From assembly GCA_965219535.1 (NCBI GenBank), contig CBDCNV010000002.1, forward strand, positions 30,001 through 62,000: a stretch of DNA of 32,000 bases, written 5' to 3'. Position numbers and translations under genes: made by a program. The stretch is from Opitutales bacterium (lineage in GTDB: Bacteria; Verrucomicrobiota; Verrucomicrobiia; Opitutales; PNEW01). This document shows, piece by piece, positions 26,277 through 32,000 of the stretch (position 1 is the stretch's first letter; each line of letters starts with the position of its first letter). The notes under the pieces were generated by a model that did not search any database, had not been told where the DNA came from, and was given only the letters and a program-made list of their open reading frames with translations.

Positions 26277-27325
26277 GGCTCCACCGTTGCGTGACCTCTA
26301 AGAGCGGCTACAAGATCATCGATATTAAAGTCGTCATCCGCAGAAAGAGTATATTCCCCTACCTTTCCAAAAAGGGACCCGGCCATTTTCTCCTTACTTG
26401 AGAGTTCTTGATTCAGTTGATCAATACTAGGTTCAAGATAGCCAAACCCATTCTGTTTGACCGGTTTATCGAATGCTAATTGCAAGCGCTGTCCATTGCG
26501 CACCAGTATTTTTGCGTAATCCCAGAAGGACGCACCAGACTGTGTAGATTGACGCGCTGATGGAATAGCAGAAAACAAAGCTTTGGTAAATGCCTCAACT
26601 GCTTCAGGTAAGCTTTCACCAGAGAGAGTCTGCCACAGTTGATCGAGATCTAGGCTGATGTAACGATAGTAAGTAGCGGAGTTAAATTCTAGTGAACCCA
26701 TATGCGCTGATCCGGATTCCTCCTTTCCCTTTAAATCATCCAGCGCTGTGAAGAACTCAACCTCGTTACTTACTTTATGAGTTGATATTGCATGAGCAAA
26801 TGAGGCTGCAGCTTCAATATTCAATTCAGCTGCCTTAGCTACCATACGACCAAAGAGTGCGATATCAAGACCGTCCATTGCTGGATTCAGTGTTTTTTTC
26901 GCGCTCTTATTGACATCCTTATCTTTGATTATGTCACAATCAAACTTTTTCTCACATGCCAATTTAGCGAATGCATTGGCTTCTGATTCAGTAAAGAAAT
27001 GCAATGTGTCCTCAGTCAAAAATTCTGCAATTTTTGCTCCACATTTCTTTGCCTGTTCATCGTCTGCACCTTGAGTCTGACATGCTTTCTCTACTAACTC
27101 AGCCACCTTCTTGGTGCGTATGGCTAACTTAATGCCAAACTCTTTTAACGCCATACGAACTGGGCGTTTCCAGGCTTGTGAACTCACTCGAGCGCGCGTC
27201 ACACCTCCAACAACAGCGGTTTTAGGTGCACCAACATCATCCCGGTTGAGACAGGTCACTGGGAAAGACTGTAGGATGTGAAATTCGATACGAGTATTTT
27301 TTAACGGATTGTTTTGTTGAACCAT
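26273..27325 (-). CDS. cas7: Cas7e (CasC/Cse4)
   Basis: The motifs CLNRDD, RVSSQ, DIALFGRM, AHAISTH, FTALDDL and GSAHMG fall in the same order as in E. coli CasC. Confidence 0.93.
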   Translation of the reverse strand: MVQQNNPLKNTRIEFHILQSFPVTCLNRDDVGAPKTAVVGGVTRARVSSQAWKRPVRMALKEFGIKLAIRTKKVAELVEKACQTQGADDEQAKKCGAKIAEFLTEDTLHFFTESEANAFAKLACEKKFDCDIIKDKDVNKSAKKTLNPAMDGLDIALFGRMVAKAAELNIEAAASFAHAISTHKVSNEVEFFTALDDLKGKEESGSAHMGSLEFNSATYYRYISLDLDQLWQTLSGESLPEAVEAFTKALFSAIPSARQSTQSGASFWDYAKILVRNGQRLQLAFDKPVKQNGFGYLEPSIDQLNQELSSKEKMAGSLFGKVGEYTLSADDDFNIDDLVAALRGHATVEP

Positions 27326-27350
27326 GAATATGCCCTTAATCTAATTTTAT

Positions 27351-27968
27351 TTATAGGTTGGAATGAGGATCGATTTGTAAAAGACCGAAGCCAAAAGCAC
27401 GGCCACGGCCAATACCCTGGCGAAAGCTCTTCTTAAATTTCGCACGGTCATCAACAGTTAAATGGCCTTGTAACGTAGCTGAACCGAGAGTAACCCGATT
27501 ACCTTTTTTCTCGAACTGATTCACGCCAAGATTGTTCACCTGTAATGTTGGAATATATACCTTAAATCCCCAACTCTCCGGTGCTTTATTGGCAAACCAT
27601 TGCATAATTTCCTCTCGGCCACGAATTGCAAATATTTTACGGCTTTCACTTTCACGCCTAGTTGGGTTAATGGTGATCTCGAAACGATAATGTTCATAGT
27701 CTAAAAATTTCTCAGGGATTTCCTTGATCTCTACCTCACCATGTTTTGGCTTACGTGGTGCACGCTGAGACAGAATTAAAATATGCCTACTATGAAAATC
27801 TCCACCTTTGTCGACATAGAGAATCCCACTGGATAAACTGATTTTTTTTTGATCATCGTTTCGCACATCGTCGAACATGCCATACACGACACGGTGTAAT
27901 GAATAAGTATCGGAAATTTTTAAGGCCACCATGTCGAGCCGACTTAGGCGTAATACACTGGCAATCAT
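27351..27968 (-). CDS. cas6e: Cas6e (CasE/Cse3) crRNA endoribonuclease, located between cse2 and cas7
   Basis: ..YRFEITINPTRR.. and the C-terminal glycine-rich loop ..FRQGIGRGRAFGFGLLQI parallel E. coli CasE ..YFRLRANPIKT.. and ..VQQGIGPAKSMGCGLLSL. Confidence 0.88.
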   Translation of the reverse strand: MIASVLRLSRLDMVALKISDTYSLHRVVYGMFDDVRNDDQKKISLSSGILYVDKGGDFHSRHILILSQRAPRKPKHGEVEIKEIPEKFLDYEHYRFEITINPTRRESESRKIFAIRGREEIMQWFANKAPESWGFKVYIPTLQVNNLGVNQFEKKGNRVTLGSATLQGHLTVDDRAKFKKSFRQGIGRGRAFGFGLLQIDPHSNL

Positions 27969-28507
27969 GCTGCACCCTTAGTTTCGCTAGGTTCCTTATT
28001 GGTTATAGCGTAACGATAAAAGTCTTGCGCCCACTGAGGCTTGACTGCTTGTTCCTGCCAATGGAATTTTAAAAGTTGAGCGAGCAGTGTAGCATAGTCC
28101 AACGGCACTTTTCCTTTACTGGCGATAAGGCTGAGTATGGGACGCAAAATGCGACATGCTTCTTCTACTGAATCACAGGCCAATAGACGACGCAGTTTAG
28201 CTTTGGCCTGATCGCTTTGGTTCCCCTCGTCATAACAGCTGGCAATACCCCAACCAATACCCCTACTGCCGTTATGCTCAATTTTTGCCTTTGCAATTGC
28301 TGCCGCAACGGTCGCATAAGGTAATCTTTGCCATGGTTTTTCCAGATCAACGTGAAAGCCAGCCAGGATTTCCCAGCTTTGATATTCCGTATCAGGATTG
28401 TCAGCGCGACGAAGTGCCGCTGCGATACCTTTATCATTGTTACTTCGTTCAATGATATAATCCACAAAAGTAGTGGATTTATTCCGGTTTTTATTTTCAA
28501 TGCTCAT
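27965..28507 (-). CDS. cse2: Cse2 (CasB/Cas11) small subunit
   Basis: A 180-aa helical protein between cse1 and the next Cascade gene, with ..GIAAALRRADNP.. as in Cse2 families. It has a strong SD (ggggggag) and an ATGA overlap with cas6e. Confidence 0.8.
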   Translation of the reverse strand: MSIENKNRNKSTTFVDYIIERSNNDKGIAAALRRADNPDTEYQSWEILAGFHVDLEKPWQRLPYATVAAAIAKAKIEHNGSRGIGWGIASCYDEGNQSDQAKAKLRRLLACDSVEEACRILRPILSLIASKGKVPLDYATLLAQLLKFHWQEQAVKPQWAQDFYRYAITNKEPSETKGAA

Positions 28508-28518
28508 ACTGCTCCCCC

Positions 28519-30009
28519 CTATGTCTCACTAAGGTATTTTGCCGGTAAATGCGGCCGATTTTTTGCCCAAGCATCAAGCTGTCTGGCTGTCTCTTTAGGA
28601 CAATAAACGTCATAAGCTCTATAAGCAATATCAGAAAAAGTTCTACGCAGAACGCGTGTCTTGTCCTGGTCTTCGCAGTTGCCGACGAGTTGCTGAAATT
28701 CTCTTTCACAAAGCTGCCAAAATAGACTGCTGCACTGTTTAGCTTGTTTCATTCCATCCATTTGCTGAGTCTTGAAGAAGCCCATGGTTGCTCCATAGGT
28801 TCTTTTTGCAATCTTTTCGAGCTCTTGCATCTCTGTTGTTAACCGCTCAAACCAAAGATCACCAACCCACTCCTTATGAAGGGTTATTGAGGACTCTACG
28901 TAATCATCAGTCCCTGAAACATATTGTTCACCAGCATTACTGCTGACACGTAACCCACCCGACCAGATACAAAAAATAGGCATTTCTTCTTTGGCTCGCG
29001 TGAGACCATACTTAATTTGATGACAGTCAAAACCTCCTTTTATGGTGGTGCTGCCCATAAAACTGAGCAATGCTGTCAACTCGCGCCATGGTCGCTTTTG
29101 TGGATCGACCCAAAGCGCTTTAGGGGCCTTTTCTGCGAAACTGACAGCGATACTAGGATCATAAACATTATCTTTATGACTAGCATGAGCGATACCCTCT
29201 GAATAGTGCAATCCTTTCTGTTCTAACAGACAAAATCGGCCAAGAGGTATTAGCCGCCCCATGTAGCTATTTTTTAATGATTCAGCTATAGGATCTGCCT
29301 CACCGGTCGGCATGCATTCCCACGGAGCAGTACCTAGCCCTTTCGTATAAATTTCCAATGCCTTAATTTGCTCTGCAGTTAATAGATTTAACCAAAGACT
29401 ATTTACTAGATTGTCTGCGAGCAGATAACTGTGCATGTACCCCATGTATCCAACCGAACTTCCAGATTTTCCCGAAGAAGCCTTACCTTTATCATTTGTT
29501 TTCCCTTTGTATCCCAATGTTAATACAATTTTATTATCTACTTTCTTTCCACCCAGACTGAAACCCATTAATACAAGAAGGAGCATCGCACGCTCTGCAT
29601 CAGACAATTCCTTCTCGATATGAGATTGAATGAGAACAGTTGTGTTACCTGTGGCAACTTCTGGCAAAACTACTCCGAATGGCAGTAGTTTTGCATCGAC
29701 AATTGCAGGTACTTGTAAAAACGGCTTGTCTCCGTAGAGCCAAAACTGATCGTACCATTTCTGCAAATAAGCTGAACACTTTTCAGCCATTCCCTTCGAT
29801 CCCAATTCTTTCCAAGCGGCATCGTTTTTTGGTGTACAAGCAGCTTGTGCAATGGCAAGCAGCAGTTTGGTAATAGCAATCTTTTCAACTGGATTACCAC
29901 CGAGTGCTCGAAAAGAAAACTCGGTAAATATCTGTTTAAGACTGACCCTGCCCACATCCGTCACTGGAACCCAGGGTTCATCAATCAGGTTATACCGCCT
30001 GTTTATTAT
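28519..30009 (-). CDS. cse1: Cse1 (CasA/Cas8e) large subunit; the true start probably lies upstream of the GTG at 29964 given in the ORF track
   Basis: ..DQFWLYGDKPFLQVP.. parallels E. coli ..DMFYLNHAEHPFMQTK... The in-frame upstream codons (29965..30009) encode I-I-N-R-R-Y-N-L-I-D-E-P-W-V-P, which is the conserved Cse1 N-terminal NLLxxxWIPV motif. See the finding on the start codon. Confidence 0.85.
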   Translation of the reverse strand: MINRRYNLIDEPWVPVTDVGRVSLKQIFTEFSFRALGGNPVEKIAITKLLLAIAQAACTPKNDAAWKELGSKGMAEKCSAYLQKWYDQFWLYGDKPFLQVPAIVDAKLLPFGVVLPEVATGNTTVLIQSHIEKELSDAERAMLLLVLMGFSLGGKKVDNKIVLTLGYKGKTNDKGKASSGKSGSSVGYMGYMHSYLLADNLVNSLWLNLLTAEQIKALEIYTKGLGTAPWECMPTGEADPIAESLKNSYMGRLIPLGRFCLLEQKGLHYSEGIAHASHKDNVYDPSIAVSFAEKAPKALWVDPQKRPWRELTALLSFMGSTTIKGGFDCHQIKYGLTRAKEEMPIFCIWSGGLRVSSNAGEQYVSGTDDYVESSITLHKEWVGDLWFERLTTEMQELEKIAKRTYGATMGFFKTQQMDGMKQAKQCSSLFWQLCEREFQQLVGNCEDQDKTRVLRRTFSDIAYRAYDVYCPKETARQLDAWAKNRPHLPAKYLSET

Positions 30010-32000
30010 CGCTTTGTCTCCTTTTTATTACCTGATATCCAATATTGCTGTTGTATTTAATATCGAACTTGCCTGAAACAGGTTCGCCTCCTGGAAGTTT
30101 CAGTTCGCCGCTTTCCTCTACTAAAGCTACTCGCACAAGACTTTCGTCGTAATCCCTGTTTCCGAGATATAGATAATCACTTAACCAATGGATAGATTTT
30201 CTTGGAACGACGGCAGGTGCATGGTGTTGCGCCACATTGACAATCTGTTGCATGATGCACACTGCCAATTCTCTCCACCGGTATTTGTTTCTGGCTCTAA
30301 TATAGGTCGGTAGAATTAGTGTAATGCCCCCCTCTAGTAAAGTCAATTCCACACCTCCTTCAGGGTGAAATTGTATGTTTCTTAACAGTAATACTTGCAC
30401 GGATTCCTGTTTGCTGTAACGCGTTGTTGCCTTGTTTTCTGGTAAAGTAGTACCTGCCTTCGATATCCCTATCTGAGCCATTGATTTCATCGCCTTGATA
30501 CCAACACGATGTTTCCTTCGATTACCGTTGATTAGCTCATGCTTCCAAGTTGCCATCTGATCCTGCTCATCCCGTTCCTGATAAGTGTCTTCAATTAATC
30601 CACGGATGTCTCGAGGGATCGAAACATCTCGTTTTTCATGCCAGACTTTAAGGCTTCTGCACAATACATAAGGATTATAAACAAATGCGGTGTTTCCAAA
30701 TGCTTTTTCTGGGTTTTCTATTGCTGCACCCAGTTGCGGTGCGATAATCCAAGCATCACGCTTGGCCTCTGGGGGCCGCGATCTCTCAGAATGCCGCCAT
30801 AATCGACCCAAGCGCTGTAACAACATATCAGTTGGGCAAAAACGTGTAATTATGAAGTCAGCGTCAATATCCAGTGATTGCTCGAGGACTTGGGTTCCTA
30901 CCAGAATCCGTCCCTGGTCGTTCCGTTCTTTCACGCAGCCTTTTCCAAAAAGTTCAACCCAATACTGTTCAATTCTGTCCCGATCCTTTTTTGTAAAACG
31001 AGAATGTAAGAGACCACATCTGATATTCATTTCATGTGTTCGGGCTGCGAGCCGAGAATAGATATCCTGGGCTTCGGACACTGAGTTTTCTACCCACAGG
31101 ACTTGCTGTCCTTCCCCTGCACGTTGCAACGCTTCATCAATGGCTTCTCTTTGCTTAACCCACGACAAATGCACCGTGTCGTTTGTCGGAACCATAAACT
31201 CGATTTCTTGCAGATCACAATCCAAGGGAAATACAGAAACTAGAGGGTAACCATGTTTCTTTGGAGCCACACCCAGTAATTCTCTGCGTTTATCAGTGGA
31301 GAGAGTTGCACTCAATATAATGACTGTGCATTGGAGTTGACGGAGTGCAGAGACAAGTACTTTCAATAAGGTTCCAGTGTAGACATCATAGCTGTGGACT
31401 TCGTCAAGAATCACAACTTTTCCGGCCAACCCGAACGTTCTGACAAAGCCATGCTTCACGTTCATAACAGCCATCAGTGCCTGATCAATGGTTCCGACCC
31501 CGAAAGGTGCAAGGATTTTGCGTTTGGTTGACTCGAACCAGGACCCTCCAGGTTGGCCCTCTACACCCATTTGAGTTTGTTTGAGCCAGGCATTCCCATG
31601 CAGCAGAAAAGCATCCCGGTGCTGACAGCTATCAGTTAAGATTTGTCCCAGAAAATTAACAACGCGGCCAAGAATCTTCTCTGAGGTAAGCTGCGTAGGT
31701 AGGGCGAAATAGATACCTGTAGCTCGGTCCTTCACCATTATCCGGTAGGCGACATAAAGAGCGGCTTCGGTTTTACCAATCCCCATCGGTGCCTCCATAA
31801 CATAAACACCCTGGGTATTACAGCACTGGATTAATGTCTGCTGAATTGGCCTAGGGGCAAAACCGAAAATATCTTCAAAGCTCTGATCTTTCTTTAAATC
31901 GGGTCTCATAAAGCCAGCTGAATCCAACACTTTACTGATCTGCGATTGCCATTCTTGACTTGGAACGTCAAAAAAAGATCCCGACCCTATCCAGTCCGAA
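29990..32000 (-). CDS. cas3: Cas3 helicase-nuclease (partial; the N-terminal HD domain lies beyond the window end)
   Basis: Helicase motifs are present: APMGIGKTEAAL (I), VILDEVHSYD (II, DEVH) and SATL (III). The frame stays open upstream of the track's GTG to position 32000 and reads SDWIGSGS.., resembling the ADWxGS motif at the end of Cas3 HD domains. Confidence 0.93.
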   Translation of the reverse strand, partial: SDWIGSGSFFDVPSQEWQSQISKVLDSAGFMRPDLKKDQSFEDIFGFAPRPIQQTLIQCCNTQGVYVMEAPMGIGKTEAALYVAYRIMVKDRATGIYFALPTQLTSEKILGRVVNFLGQILTDSCQHRDAFLLHGNAWLKQTQMGVEGQPGGSWFESTKRKILAPFGVGTIDQALMAVMNVKHGFVRTFGLAGKVVILDEVHSYDVYTGTLLKVLVSALRQLQCTVIILSATLSTDKRRELLGVAPKKHGYPLVSVFPLDCDLQEIEFMVPTNDTVHLSWVKQREAIDEALQRAGEGQQVLWVENSVSEAQDIYSRLAARTHEMNIRCGLLHSRFTKKDRDRIEQYWVELFGKGCVKERNDQGRILVGTQVLEQSLDIDADFIITRFCPTDMLLQRLGRLWRHSERSRPPEAKRDAWIIAPQLGAAIENPEKAFGNTAFVYNPYVLCRSLKVWHEKRDVSIPRDIRGLIEDTYQERDEQDQMATWKHELINGNRRKHRVGIKAMKSMAQIGISKAGTTLPENKATTRYSKQESVQVLLLRNIQFHPEGGVELTLLEGGITLILPTYIRARNKYRWRELAVCIMQQIVNVAQHHAPAVVPRKSIHWLSDYLYLGNRDYDESLVRVALVEESGELKLPGGEPVSGKFDIKYNSNIGYQVIKRRQSDNKQAV

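Noticed and set aside
28165-28709. Alternative-frame ORFs lie inside cse2 and cse1 (28165..28500, 28497..28709, 29670..29957), along with plus-strand ORFs antisense to the cas genes.
   Set aside because: They overlap well-supported Cas coding frames, have no motifs, and are typical shadow ORFs.

Overview
This is a mosaic accessory region, crowded with insertion sequences, carrying a complete type I-E CRISPR-Cas locus. No rRNA or tRNA gene was recognised.

(1) 1-7.2 kb: decayed, partly nested IS3-family (IS407-group-like) copies of at least four sequence types. They are interleaved with broken genes (two HAD-hydrolase wrecks, a frameshifted P-loop kinase), an intact YciI-like gene, and a strongly AT-rich orphan 581-aa gene. 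That gene has a PD-(D/E)xK nuclease signature and sits between two same-orientation IS copies.

(2) 7.2-12.5 kb: an integrative element that starts exactly where an IS copy is truncated. It carries a tyrosine integrase, a remnant of a second integrase, an Xis-like HTH, a replication-initiator-like protein and a DnaC/IstB-like AAA+ loader.

(3) 12.5-22 kb: an AT-rich ORF-free stretch, then a GC-rich secreted double-Cache gene flanked by 144-nt direct repeats, then a 1.1-kb ORF-free stretch. After that come a small membrane protein, further gene wrecks around another IS copy, a beta-lactamase-fold serine hydrolase and an intact HAD hydrolase.

(4) 22.2-32 kb, minus strand: cas3 (runs off the window end), cse1, cse2, cas6e, cas7, cas5, cas1, cas2, leader, then an array of 32 identical 28-nt repeats with 31 spacers.

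The most unusual signal is a family of 33-44 nt insertions. Each replaces an AG dinucleotide in IS3-family transposase genes. They lie at the same codons beside the DDE catalytic motifs in two different IS types, and a sister copy shows the empty sites.
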